From: Utricularia gibba
Lineage: Eukaryota > Plantae > Magnoliophyta
Direction of reading: 5' to 3'
NCBI GenBank assembly: GCA_002189035.1
Contig: NEEC01000002.1
Coordinates: forward strand, 3,224,001 to 3,288,000
Length of the DNA: 64,000 bases
This document shows positions 27,548-41,108 of this stretch, piece after piece. The first letter of the stretch is position 1. Each line of letters opens with the position of its first letter. Below the pieces are notes generated by a model. That model saw only the letters and a program-made list of their open reading frames with translations. It ran no database searches and was not told the DNA's origin. The position numbers were made by a program, and so were the translations under genes.

Positions 27548-29376
27548 TCAACCGGCAGCAGTGAAAAGTTGGACGATCCTGGCGGCGACATCCTCCATCT
27601 GGTCCCTGGAGTGAAGGGGAGACGGATACACGAGGATGCAGTCGAGTTGGCCGTCACGAACGGTGTCGAAAATAGCTATGGAAGGGCCGATCCCATGCGC
27701 CGATGCACACCCCATGTAGTCCTCCACCCCCCGAGCTCCTAACCTCACCGGAGTTGTCGATCACCGGGTCCTCAAACACCGACACCAGAGAGCTTCGGAG
27801 CGAAGAAGACGGGGTCAGGCCGGGATTGTCGATGGCTTTGGCCATCAGGAAATTGAGGTCCCCCATGTCCGTGATGTGTTTGTTGCCCGTCTTGGATCGT
27901 GAAAACTCGGAGAAGCAACTGCTCGCCAACTCCCAAACTCCCTCGTTTCCCTTGACGCTGTGGGTGTTGAGGATGGCGGAATGGTAGAACCCTGTTGCAT
28001 TGCAATCCACAACAACAACAACATAAGTCCCGCCCCTCAGAAGCAATTCCTAACATAACTCTCAGTGATTCCGATTGGTTACCAAAGTGATGGGACGAGA
28101 GGGGAGGGTGGAGGATGGATCTGCAGTCGGTGAGAGTGACGACTCCATACTTCCTTTTTCCCCATTTTGTTGAGCTTGAACTCGAGTGTACAGCAAGCAT
28201 GGCTGCAGCAGACAGGGCTCCACACAATTTAATTCCTCTGGATTTACACCCCTGCCCACAAAACAATACCGATTCCTCATTAAGTTCAGCATCATCATCA
28301 TCATGGACCACCACCAAATCACATTTGCAGCTGCGCATCCCTATTATTTTTGTAAAAGCCAGAGAGGAGTGAGGCGCCCAGTTCTAAAACCGAACTCTTA
28401 CTTTTTTACCTACTAGTGAAAGTATGGTCTCAATCGCCATCGATGCCTGCCTTTTATGGCAAGCGGGTGACAGAGTGGGGACTCAAACGGTTAAAGAATA
28501 ATTAACTTCTCCAGCTACATGGTCGTCATGTCATAAACGGCCTTGGCTGTGAAGTCAAATTTATGCAGTCACCCCCACACATAAACGGCGTGAGTTACTT
28601 ACTGCGAGAATCTGGGAGGTGATGTGTTGGTTGATCAGCAGCCTCACCACCTCTGACCTTCTTGAACACTTGGGGTTCAGGAATTCCATGTTGGTGAGCC
28701 GCAACGAGCTCAGGGAGTACCCCAGCAGATCTCTTCCATGGGCCCATATCTTCTTCTTCGTCAACCCCACCGGGATTAGGCTCTCCAGGGCCGCGTCACC
28801 CTCGCTGGGGTTTCTTTCAGTTTCCTCCTTGTCCGCCGTCGACTGCAACCGGAGAAGCTCGAGAAGGAGAGATACGGCAGTTGTCCGGTCGCAGATGGAG
28901 GTATGAAAACGGAGAACGGCCACCGTTTTCGTGTCGGACACAGGGTAGACAGACACGTACACGACGTCGACGCCGCTGCATGGGAACGTGTCCGGATCGG
29001 ACCAGTTCTCCCCACTGTTCATCTCGTGTTCGAGGATTTTGTGAACTGGGGAGATTCCATCAGCATTGTTTCGTCGGAGGATTGCCGACGTCTCCGCCGC
29101 CTCGTGGAAGGTGACCCGGCTCCCCAACGGCGCGGCGGCGTTTCGGAGGAAGTTGAAGGTTTTGCCCCCAGCGTCGTAGTGGAGTTTGCACGTCAACAGA
29201 GGGTGCGATCGCTGGAGAGCATTCAGCGTTTTCTCGAAGTCGTCGGATGGTTTACTTCGGAGCTGAAGAGCAAGGACGGTGACGCCGGTGCCGGAAGTGA
29301 CTGCGCGGCACCAGTTTTGCTCGGTGTTTCCGAGGGGACGCGCATGCTGAAGACAGCTCTGATCGGCGACGGCCAT
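27548..29376 (-). CDS. Condensation/alcohol-acetyltransferase-fold protein (At3g52610-like), frameshifted in exon 3 as assembled
   Basis: Exons 28603-29376, 28083-28251 and 27548-27991: RPLGNTEQNWCRAV, LRFHTSICDRTTA, GCKSRGIKLCGAL, FYHSAILNTH, DMGDLNFLMAKAIDNP, EDYMGCASAHGIGPSIAIFDTVRDG. Frame change at the G6 run (plus-strand C6 at 27727-27732). Confidence 0.82.
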
Positions 29377-32300
29377 TTGGAAAAGCAAAAGACGCAGAGG
29401 AGGACAGTTGTTGTGTGGAGGCGGAGGCTGGCTCCCCTGACTTTATATAGACGCAATTGCCACCCTAGTAGCTCTTTTCATTTTCTTAAACCACCCATAG
29501 ACACTGTCTTTTCTTTTTACTAAAATAAATTATTTCAATAAATACTTTTTAATCAATCTGATAAAAGGAAACTGAAATGATACATAAATTAAGATCTGAT
29601 ATAACAGTGAAATACCATAAAGATAATCCAATAAACAAAGAGCGTAAATATCAAATTAATGAAGAAATATTTTTTAATTTTTTTAAGAAAAATAGGGATG
29701 CACATATGCCAAATTTGATTCACCCAGTGTAAGAGTAGTTGATTGAAAAGAAATAAGAATACATAAAAACAAAAAAAATCAGTCTTGATAATTTGAAAGA
29801 GTAAAGTTTGACAGTGATATATTAAATTACAATCAGTATAAATAATCTAATCATCAAGTTTTAAAATTATCATATATACTTCAACTTACATTTTTTGTAA
29901 ACAATTTGTCCCCAACTTATGAAATTACATATTTAACTTCTAATATTCGAGTTTTTATTGAATGGTTTTGACAATTGTTTTGTTCTTTTTTTTTATAAAT
30001 TTAATTTCTTATTTTTAATTTATCATTTAGGAGTATTCGTTGTATACTTAATGTTTCATATTTGGTTCATTTTTTAAAAATTTTAAAAATTATTTGAGTT
30101 TTCGTTAAACGATTTTGATAACTTGAGGTGTCTTTTTTATAATTTTGAAATTTGGTGATTAAACTCTTTATACTAACTAAAACTTAAAATGTTATTTTTA
30201 CAATTTTTTTCTAATTTGATATTTAAAGTTATCAACTACGTTTAAAATTCAAGTGGTTAATTATGAAAGTAGAAACTTTTTAAAAAAAATAGGAATCACG
30301 GAATAAGATGCAACCTAATTTATAAATTTAAAGAATCAATCCAAGTTCACCACTTGCTAGTTTTACTTGAGATTATGAAATGATGATAACAATTCAAGAC
30401 TAAGCAAGTATTGGATTTCTTAATTTATTCTTCCAATATTATAATTAAAACATTAAAACAAGGGGTGAGTGACATAACGCTGAATCTCTGCATCACACCT
30501 TTAAAACAACAGGTTTTGGTTGAAGTTGTATTGTAAAACCAGCGTGGCGTTGGACGTTGGTCTGCTCATAATAATAATTCCAAAGCCAGCAATTAGTTTT
30601 ATTCTCCCCAAGTTACTGCCTTGTCGATGGAAGGGGGGCACCCGCCCGATTCTCAAATAAGTGAGGGAGGACGCCTTCAAAACGACCGCGTTTGGGGAGG
30701 CGTCGCACGTGCCTCCTCAAGCATCGACCCAGATGAGAAGCTCACCGGAAAAACCAGGAACGTCACCTCCCCAATCGGAAACCTCAAATAAACTCTGATA
30801 CGTCACGCATGTAACCCGAGTTTAATTGATTTGAATATCTTTAAACTAAATTAGTCAATTTAAAAATGCAATAAAAAGTACCTATTTGATATTTGGATTT
30901 AAAATTATTTTGGTATGCAATATAAAAAACGCATATCACATCGCATACATGTAAACTATTGAACACATCTTTAAATCCAAGTAGCCCTGGAAATAGATAT
31001 TGAAGTGTCCAAAGTAGAAGGTCAGAGAAGAAAGAAGATGAATACATATGTGGATTGAATAGATATCATAATTTAACTGGATTGAATATAATATTTTTTT
31101 TTGAAAAAAAATATTGAAGTGAGACAATGGCACTTATGTCAAAGCCAACCGATTCTTTTGAATGAGAGAGAGATGTAGTGCATAAGGGCTAGGCATGAGG
31201 TATGGCGGCGCCGGCGGAGGGCGAGGGATTGGATCATAGGGTAAAAATAATTTTAAATCTTTCATAAAAAATCAAATTTTAAGAGATTTAAAATCTTGAT
31301 CCTACCGACTTGTCCTAACTACTGTAAAAAAAACTTCTGGATCTTCAGCATCTCGCAATGTTTTTTTTCTCCATTCTTCGACATAGCTGCAAAGCGAAGA
31401 AAAAAACTTTCAAATTTCACCCAAGTTGCGTTAGTTTCATTCCACGAGATGGTGCAATATTTGGGCTAAGGATCAATTTTTTATATATACAATATTCAAT
31501 TTTGTCACACACTTAAATGAGTATGTCCATTTTTATAATATATGCTTGAATTGTGTCCCCCATTCCGTGAGTGTTATCCCACTGGATCTGGGAGTCTGGA
31601 GCCGGTTTATGGAACCTGCCCACCTGACACGGAACGCCACCGCCGTCCATGTGGTTGGTTATTTAAACATGTTGGTGATAGATGATGCGGAAGCGCGTCG
31701 CCATAAATGCATTGAACCAGCCACCGGAATAACTGCGCAGCATAATATTCGATTCCATTCCCTTGAAGAATTAGCATTTGGGTGGGAACTGGAACTGGGA
31801 CTGGGAGGGCGCTCTCCCTAGTCCCTACAGACTTGGTTTGCTCTTTTGTGCAAGTGCTAGAAATGGAAGGAACACATACAAATGGAAAATTATGGAGAAT
31901 TTCTTGTAGCAAACTATTATATGCATTGCTTATATCTTGAAGTAATATCTTTCTTTCATTCAAGTGTCTACAAATTATGATAAATTTGACACGATAGTTT
32001 TAGTAAATATATCAATATTCAAAGTTTTAATAATCGGAGTTGTGGGTCTTTTGTTTAGATGGTTTGGTACTAAGAGTTTAAGATTCAATAGTGTAGTGTT
32101 GGGGAGTGCTGATGAGTATCCCTTCTTTATGGGTGTAATCTAGCATCGTCAAATCTTGAAGAAGGTTTTAAAAATCCCAAATATTCCAAAAACATAAAAG
32201 AAGGAAAACATATTTCTATGTTCAATTTCTGAAATGACTAAAATGACCCTATTTACATCCAATTTTTAGTAACAATGTTAGTCTAGTGTTAGGTAAAATT

Positions 32301-32504
32301 GATCTTGATAAGTTTTTCTAATCGATTAAACTTGATGGTTAAATTGATATTTTAATATCAAAGTATATAGTATAAACAAAAGATATGGAACTATAAGTAC
32401 TGAGCCTTGCACTCGATGTTGACCATCTAAACAAAAGCCATGGAACTTGGCTATTTGCACTTTATTCTGATCCTTAATATTCTCCCAACCATTTACATTC
32501 GATA

Positions 32505-32732
32505 GGGTGTGTTTGTTTGTTTGATATAAAGTGGCTATAAATGGGTTAATAAAAGATAAATTTATTTGATATCTTATTAAATATTTAATTAGTTTTTAAA
32601 TCAAAATCTATATAGAATCTTTCATAAACCTAATTTGTGTATATTTTTTAAATCCATTAATTATATGGGTTTTTAGAATATCCATCCATACCCAAATTCT
32701 CTAAACCGATTTACATCCAATCAAACGCATCC
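32505..32732. mobile_element. Tourist-like MITE
   Basis: Imperfect TIRs GGGTGTGTTTG / CAAACGCATCC, TAA on the right flank, AT-rich interior. Confidence 0.55.
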
Positions 32733-32949
32733 TAAGCTTACCCCCACACTCAGTTGCTATTTGCACTCTGTTTCATTATTATATTCGATATCAGTATTGA
32801 AACTCTCTTTGACACTCGGAAATTAACATTCATTAGTACACTTTCCCATACTCGGTTATCAAGCTTAACATTTAATTAGATATATTGCATTGGATACATT
32901 TTATAACAAGGCCTTTTAATTAAATAATAGCTTTAGTTGACTGTTATTA

Positions 32950-34190
32950 TATCCAAAAACTAGATGCTACATGATTGTTTGGATTTTGTTATATGATATT
33001 TGAATATACACATTAATTAAAAAAAAGGGATATATTAGGTGATTTGTATGATGATGCATTTGTTGGCATCGGGTGTGATAGTGATGATTATGATATTTAT
33101 GAAATTTTTGATACACAATTTCTAATTGATCCTCATGATGGGAATTCATTTACTTTAAGATATATGATATAGATTTATAAAGAGTAATAAAACAATACTC
33201 ACTCTGATGTGCCTAGGTAATGAGGATAGATAGGTAATTTTCTTGAGAAATGTTTTCGTTAAACTATGGTGGATGGGAAGAAAGTTTATGTAGAAAGTAA
33301 TAAATGATTTAAAAATAAATATCAAAAAATTATTGAAGGAGATACATACGAATTTAAGGATAAAAATATCCACTCATACTATTAGAAAATGGAACGATTA
33401 TACCAAAAAGTTGATATATAATAGGAGGGAACTTTCTGATTTTGAACGGTTGAAGAAGTATTGTGTAATTACTACTCTCTTTAATAAAAATGCGAAAATT
33501 GAATATCTAATGGGAAATTGTGGTAATTTGAAGGTACAATAGAGATATGAAATATATGTTTTGTTTTAAGATATATTTGCATTGAATATATGAGAAATTC
33601 AATATCAATTTATGTGATAGGTGTGTACATATACTCTTGATTTTATAAGTTTCATTTTAATGATCGTATTCACCACCCTTTACACTATAATTAAATTATT
33701 TTGTAGATGATTTTAAATTACTTTGCAAGATGTCTGTGAATTTATTGCAAAGATAAATATTTCACATATGTCACCTAATGTTAGAATATAGCATTCTGTT
33801 AGAAAACACGAATGATATTAACGAACAAATGATGCAGGTAGTTAAAGTGTCAATTTTGTTTTTGTAGAGTTGAGAGACATATTCGAAGTTATTCGTGCCT
33901 AAAAAATAATGTGTATTTTTTTTATATAATTAGTAGGATTAAAATTATATTTCAGATATAAAATAATTAATGTTTGATAAAAAAATGAGAGAATATTAAA
34001 CCTTTGTACATAAGATTAAAAAAATGATTTGAATCTCGAACTTATTTAAATCAATATAGTAAATACGATATAATTTATAATTTTTACTTTAAACCCTATT
34101 AACCTCATCAATTAAACACAATGTATATGATTATTTATAGGTTCTCTATCATAAATCAACGTGTTTAGAAGAACGTCTACGAAACACTAG
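32950..34190 (+). mobile_element. Possible Helitron remnant (3' end)
   Basis: Ends in CTAG (34187-34190) followed by T, with a weak ACGT...ACGT hairpin about 11 nt upstream and decayed coding-like fragments inside. The 5' end was not located. Confidence 0.25.
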
Positions 34191-34232
34191 TTTTTTTTAA
34201 TCCATGGGTTTAGCCCCTAAACTAACGTAACA

Positions 34233-34442
34233 AACGGTGGCTTAGATTCATTTACTTGATTTACCCTAGAATACAAATTAACCTGTAAAATAAAAAGAAA
34301 ACAAATGGATTTTCTATTTTTGTTTCCATGGGCCGGGTTATCAGTGGAAGTATCATTTTGGGCTTAGCCCAAAATTAAATAAGGCTGCTGGCCACATTCA
34401 AGGGTATAAATAAGTTTGCCACATCAACCAACGCGACAACGG
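34233..34442 (+). promoter_or_regulatory. Kinesin-5 promoter with MSA-like and site II elements
   Basis: AACGG cores at 34233-34237 and 34438-34442, TGGGCC at 34329, TGGGCT at 34359, AGCCCA at 34366 and TATAAATA at about 34405. This fits MYB3R/TCP control of a mitotic kinesin. Confidence 0.55.
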
Positions 34443-34667
34443 TCTCTGAATCTGAATTATAAAAATAATAAAGAAATGAAAATTGGAGATGCGTAGCGGC
34501 ACCTCAAAATTCAAAAAATTCCGGACCACCGCTACCTTTTTTTCGTTCATTTCAAATTTCTCCTTCTCGACAGCACGCGCTGGGTATCTGTGACTGCCGG
34601 AGAAAATTTTCACGGTGGCGCGGTGACAAATCAGCACACGCCGACGCGGAGAGACTCGTATTTTAAG

Positions 34668-37600
34668 ATGTCGAGTCGTCAAGAGAAGGAGAAGGGCGTG
34701 AATGTACAGGTTCTCCTCCGATGCAGGTAAGACTTGTTTACTAATGTGGATGCGGTTGCTGCATTCTTGAGGCTGATCTAGAGCTGTTTCCTTGGCGGAT
34801 CTAGGCCCTTCAGTGACGACGAATTGCGGAACAATGCTCCTCAAGTGGTCACTTGTAATGAGTTCCAGAGGGAGGTTTCCGTCTCGCAGAATATTGCTGG
34901 GAAGCACTTTGATAGGGTTTTTACATTCGACAAGGTGATTTGATTCCTCTTCTTTTTAATGTCTCACCCGAAATTTCATTTGCAATTTGGTTGCTGATGC
35001 TTTAGTTTTCCAGCATTTCTGGTGCATAGCTGATAGTGTTTTTTTGAGATGACATGAAGCTCTAGTCTGTTGCAAAACCTCGTTATTGTGCGTTCCTTTT
35101 TGTCTAAGGATTTATAACCTTGCCTTCTGGTTTTAGGTATTTGGGCCTAATGCCCAGCAGAAGGATCTTTATGATCAAGCAGTTGTTCCCATAGTAAATG
35201 AAGTTCTCGAAGGTTTCAATTGCACAATTTTCGCATATGGACAAACAGGAACGGGAAAGACGTATACAATGGAGGGGGAATGCAAGAGAGCAAAGGTACC
35301 GATTATGTTTCTTATGCTACTTCCCTCTTTGATTTTCTTTAAACCCTGAACTAAATCATCTGTGTCATCTTCGCTCATATCTTTAAGAGTGGGCCCAATG
35401 GAGAATTGCCTCCAGAAGCGGGAGTGATACCAAGGGCAGTGCAGCAAATATTTGATACTTTAGAGGGGCAAAACGCTGAATACAGCGTGAAAGTCACTTT
35501 CTTGGAGTTATACAACGAGGAAATTACTGACCTTCTGGTTCCTGAAGATATATCCAAAGTTTCTTTAGAGGATAAGCAGAAGAAGTTGTTGCCACTCATG
35601 GAAGACGGTAAGGGTGGTGTCCTTGTCAGGGGGCTGGAAGAAGAAATTGTTTCAAGCGCTAGTGAGATTTTCACTTTGCTTGAAAGGGGATCCTCTAAAC
35701 GTCGAACTGCAGAGACGTTACTCAATAAACAGTCAAGGTACAGATGTTGATTTATTGTTTGTTGTTTGTCATATCCTAGTTAAAAACTCTCTTTTTTTTT
35801 CTTGTTTGCAGTCGATCACACTCGTTGTTTTCAATAACAATACATATAAAGGAAGCAACACCTGAAGGTGAAGAGCTCATCAAGTGTGGAAAGTTGAATT
35901 TAGTTGATCTGGCTGGATCGGAGAACATCTCACGGTCTGGGGCTCGAGAGGTATGATTCCCTTGTTTGAGTATGTCTGTCGATAGTTATAACCGTCAGTT
36001 TTCATAAGGCCTACTATTTAATTTCCTTTCCAATATTTATCTCATCAATGCATCTAGGGTAGAGCAAGGGAAGCTGGAGAAATTAACAAAAGTTTGCTTA
36101 CATTAGGACGAGTAATAAATGCTCTTGTGGAGCATTTGGGACATGTGCCCTACAGGTTCCAATTTTATGCTTTCATTTGCCCCCTTAGTTGGAATACCTA
36201 CAGCTAGTTTATCATGCTGTCCAAAATCCTTTGCAGGGATAGCAAGCTCACACGCTTGCTTCGTGATTCATTGGGTGGAAGGACAAAGACATGCATCATC
36301 GCTACAGTTTCACCAGCTGTTCACTGCCTTGAGGAGACCTTGAGCACATTAGACTATGCTCACAGAGCTAAGAACATAAAGAATAAACCTGAGGTATGCC
36401 ACTTGTTTTAGCAAAATTGGATACTTTTCAGACCATTGGTACTCTGGAACTTGGCCTTGGTTGATATATGTGCGTTGTAGCAGCGGCTATTCATCATCTG
36501 GGGAAACTTTTCCAGATCAATAGTGTTTCTCTTCCTTGTCTATTTAGGTAAATCAAAAGATGATGAAATCAACCCTCATAAAGGATCTCTACGGTGAAAT
36601 AGAGCGGCTCAAAGCAGGTGGATTGTTTTTTTCCTTTTCATGGACATATTGACGGTTCCTTGAATTTTTTCCATATTTTTTTGATTCGGCTTTATTGGAT
36701 CTCCGTATATAGAGGTCTACGCTGCACGGGAGAAGAATGGTGTCTACATTCCGAAAGAGAGATACTATCAGGAAGAAAGTGAAAGAAAGGTGCAGCATGC
36801 CGTATTACTTTGTATATAATAATGTTAAGTTGCAGCTCATGATAAATGGATTAAAAATTGGTCACCAATGCTGGAGGCCTTGTTTACTCCTTTTTTTGAG
36901 GTGTGAAGAATATTAGGTCCATGAATTTTGACTATTTCTCTCTGGAACGTATTGTAGGCAATGGCTGACCAGATTGAACAAATGGGACTATCTTTAGAAA
37001 ATCATCAGAAGGTTGGTCTTTTCGAAGATATGAACTATGGAACCTTCAAAAGTAATTACATGAATTGAAGTTGTGAATATAATACAGCAAATAGAGGAAC
37101 TACAAGCAAAGTATGAGGACAAGGCCAAGCAATGTGCTAATTTAACCAATGAACTTGATGCAGCACGTGTAAGTCACTTCCTTTTCTTCTTACTGGAATA
37201 AATATCCAACAGTTGTCTCATTCTGAGGTCATTGCAGAAAGATGTGCTTCTTACTAGTAAATTGCTGGCTGGAACTGAGGAGGAGCTAAAACTTTCTCAG
37301 TATTCCCTGAAAGAACGGGACTTCATTATATCTGAACAGAGAAAAGCTGGTAAATGATCAAATTTTGTTTCTTGTGATTTCCTCACTTTCTGATGAATGT
37401 GTGTATATCAGAAAATGCGCTGGCTCATCAGGCATGTGTTTTACGATGTGATCTGGAAAAGTCTCAAAGAGATAATGCATCCCTCTTTCTTAAGATTTGT
37501 AAGTTGTTCGTTGATGTGCTGCTTTCTGTAGATTTGAATGTGGAAAGCCATGCCTTATTTGTTTGTGTTCTTTCATCCAGCTCGAGAGGAAAAAATGAGT

Positions 37601-39873
37601 GCTGATAACAGGCAGACTGTAAATAGTTTTCAAGCTGATCTTGCACAGCAACTCGGCAATCTTTGTGAATCATTGGTGGTGTCAGCCTCTGTGCAAGATG
37701 AACACCTGAAGCATGTTGAGGATTTGTGTGAATCTTTCCTTCAAGTACATGATAAGGTTTTTCACAATTTGACTACTTATCATTTTTTTTTCTTTTTTAG
37801 ATGTTTTTAAAGCTTTCGTTAACACCTTAGTTTGATTATAAGATTGCCCATTGGGTTGCTGCCTAAAAAATGTGTTTTTGTAGGCTTTTATAGAATTGAG
37901 GAAGAAGATAAGTTGTTCTAGGACGCTATATTCTTCTCATTTTGAGGCAGTGCAAAATGTTGTTTGCCTGCACAAAGCAAGCGCAAATGCTGCATTGGAG
38001 GAACTGTCGAACTTAGCCTCCTCTAATTTACAATCTATTCAAGAAGTAAAATTTCTTTTTCTATACACCTTTGTTTCATATTCTTTTATATCTGTGAAAG
38101 CTCATTATGTGTACCTCTACAGTTTTTAGAAGCTGATGCTGTCAAATCAAAGTCAGTTTTTGATGAACTTCAGGAAGTTCTCTCAAGTCATCAACAGGAA
38201 ATGGCTCTCTTAAAAAAAGAGCTTCGGAAGGTTTGCTTCTTTTTTTAGCCTCTTAAGTATTTCTTGAGCCATGTGATTACTTGGTCATTTGATAATTCTG
38301 CAGAGGCTTGACTCGAGTTTGGAGCACCTGGCTGACACCTCTGAATTCATCCATAAATTCGTTGGCATGCTTTCTGAAGAAACAAAAGGTCTTGAAGATC
38401 ATGCTAATCGAATTGATGAAATACAGGCAAAGCGCATTTCTGATTTTCGGAAGACTTATGAGGTATGTGACTTTAAGTGGATTGGAAAAGGACGTGCATC
38501 TTTCTTCTTACCCGTTGGATTTGATATCTGCAGGATCAGTCAAGATCAGAAACCGAGAAGCTCATTGCAAGTATGACATGCCTTGTCTCAGAGTGCATGC
38601 GACGTCAGAAAGAGATGGTTCAGATTTCTGTCTTTGTATTCTCGTATTTGTCACGTTATCTGGTTTTCTGTTTCACCTGAAATTCAGCTGAACAGGTGGA
38701 TGCAAGTCTGAATGATATTAAGGATGGTACAGTTGAGAATAAGAAGTTTTTGGATGGGCATTCTATTAGACTTGGTGGAATTACAACAGATTTAAAAAGG
38801 AAATGGCAGGATTGCTTTGTGCAGGCTGAGAATAGCTTTAAAGATAACGCTGAGTTCTCTAAACATTGTCGTATGGATTGCTAATACAGAAATGGTTAGG
38901 ATATGCGTAAATCAGCATTTGACTGCAGTCTTCATTGTCTCTTATTTTTATGTTACACTACATATTTCAGTGTTAGCAGTGCTGATACTGCTTTAGAGGG
39001 CTGGCAAGGTATGCAAGAGTCCTTGATAGATATGGGCACCAAACATGCTTCCACAATTGCCTCTGATGTTAGGTTCGTACTGTTTCCTGGAAGTGGTTTT
39101 AAATGACAGTAATCTTCATTTCCCTATCTCTCTTCAAATCCAGAATATAATGGCTTTTTGCTTCTCACCTTTTGTGCAGGATTGTATGTGAGATGAACGA
39201 ACAGCACAACTCTGAGGTCGAGTCCACCCGACTGCTTGCTGAGAATGACATCAAAGACAGTAGTGAAGCCATTGTTCGGTGTCTTGATGGTCTCTATTTT
39301 CTTGACATGAGTTCTCTTTGTATTTTAAACATCATTGAGAGTTTCCGTTTCAGTTTGTGGATCTAATTTTCTTCGATTTGTGTTGTTACTGCAGGCTTGT
39401 CCGGAGAAGGGAAGCAATGCATCACCCAGATCATGGCCACTTCTAAAACTCATTCGGAAACACTTACGAGTCTACAGAGCAAGCATTCTCAGCAGTCCAC
39501 TTCTATACACCAACATGCTACCAGTACCTTCAATACCAGATACATGGCAAGTTCCTTTTTGCTTATAAAATTAGAGTTCAAGCCACAGACTAGAACTTTT
39601 CGCCGTGCGCTCCCTCATCATTCATTCCTTTGATATCTTTAAGCACCTACAACAATTTCCATGTCTTGTTAGGATTACGAGCCTACAGGCGCAACACCTA
39701 CAAAGTGTGAGCCTGACATTCCGAGCAAAAGCACGATCGAGTCTTTACGAGCAATGCCGATGGAGGCCCTTCAAGAAGAATTCAGAGAAAAAAATTCATT
39801 CCAAACTTTTCAGGCCAAAGAACTCAAGAATCAACCACAGGTGCCTCGTGCTCCGCTTTCACAGATCAACTAA
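34668..39873 (+). CDS. KIN5C: Kinesin-5/BimC motor (KRP125 / KIN5C type), with one 1-nt frameshift as assembled
   Basis: [29 protein letters not shown]-loop [36 protein letters not shown], coiled-coil exons and a tail ending PRAPLSQIN*. Frameshift at about 38878; GC-AG intron at 39547-39672. Confidence 0.93.
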
Positions 39874-40203
39874 CAGCTGCAGGTACATTGCTCTTTGTAT
39901 CTGCTGCATCAACAAGTTGACTAATGCCTTATGCTGGTTGTCTGTAGTCCATTCTAAATGAGTCCCTTCTTGGGGTTTTCAATTGTTGTAAGCTTCTACT
40001 TGGAGTATTAAGTCTTAAACGGAATCGAAATTGTTGGGTTCCAACGCCATATTTGAACCTTGCTGATTAGTTTAACGCATACTCATTAAAGGATTATATT
40101 CACTATGGACTTTAAGTCCATGTTCTAAACTATTTTTTTTTTTATTTCTACTTCTCAAAAAAATCAGAAGTACAAATAAATCAGAACAATATATAATTTT
40201 ATT

Positions 40204-41053
40204 GAGTAAACTGGTGAAATAACTAATGTCAGTAAATATTATTGGCAAAGTAATTAAGTTTTTGAAATATCTTTGCAAAATAGCTAGAGTAAATTGGGGA
40301 AATAATTAATGTCAGTAAATATTATTGTCAAAGTAACTAAATTTTTGAAACGTATTTACAAAATAGCTAATATATATACACAATTGTATGTATATATTTA
40401 TATATTTGATAGATATATTTCATTACCATTGATTTTGTTTTCATAATAATATCTAAAAATTATTAAAATATGATATTAGAATGATAACTATGTCAAATAA
40501 TAACTATGTTAAATACTTAATTAGAATTCACAAAGAATATAATTTTATAAGGTTTATTTATAAGTAAGTATATATTGAAGTGTTAAATATATGATATTTG
40601 ATGTTTTATGTAAGAAATATTAAATATCTTATTTAGAGCAAGTATAACAATATTTTTTAAATTATGTTTGAAAAAAAAAATTTAATGTGATTTTAATAAA
40701 ATTGAAAAGATAAAATAATAAACAACATTTGGAAGTATTTTTAAAATAAGTATTGTAAATTAATCAATTATTTAAGATAATATTTATTGTGTATTTTTCG
40801 AATTAATCTTAATTTTTTGGTAAATTTCTAATTTTGTTATACAAATTTATTATTTTTCATTTTAATTCATTTAAAGCTTATAAATGATATTTATAATTAA
40901 GTATTTCGAAAATTAATATAAAATCAAGATATTTAGAATGTTAGTTATATTGAAAATGTTTTTGTAAAAATTAGTTACTTTGACAATTTGAAACCAAAAT
41001 CAGTTATTTTGCAAATCTCGTTCTTATGACACAGTTACTTTGCAAATTTAGCC
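40204..41053. mobile_element. Non-autonomous Mutator-like element with a tandemly duplicated left terminal block
   Basis: 83-bp tandem copies at 40204-40286 and 40287-40369. The motif TTGTCAAAGTAACTAA is inverted near 40972-40987. Flanks TAATTTATT / TAATTTTAC resemble a decayed 9-bp TSD. Confidence 0.5.
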
Positions 41054-41108
41054 TAATTTTACTTATTACTTTTTACTTTTAACTAATACTTCTTTCAAAA
41101 TATGTTAA

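Noticed and set aside
31205-31350. Possible small hAT MITE
   Set aside because: The termini are too degenerate and there is no TSD.
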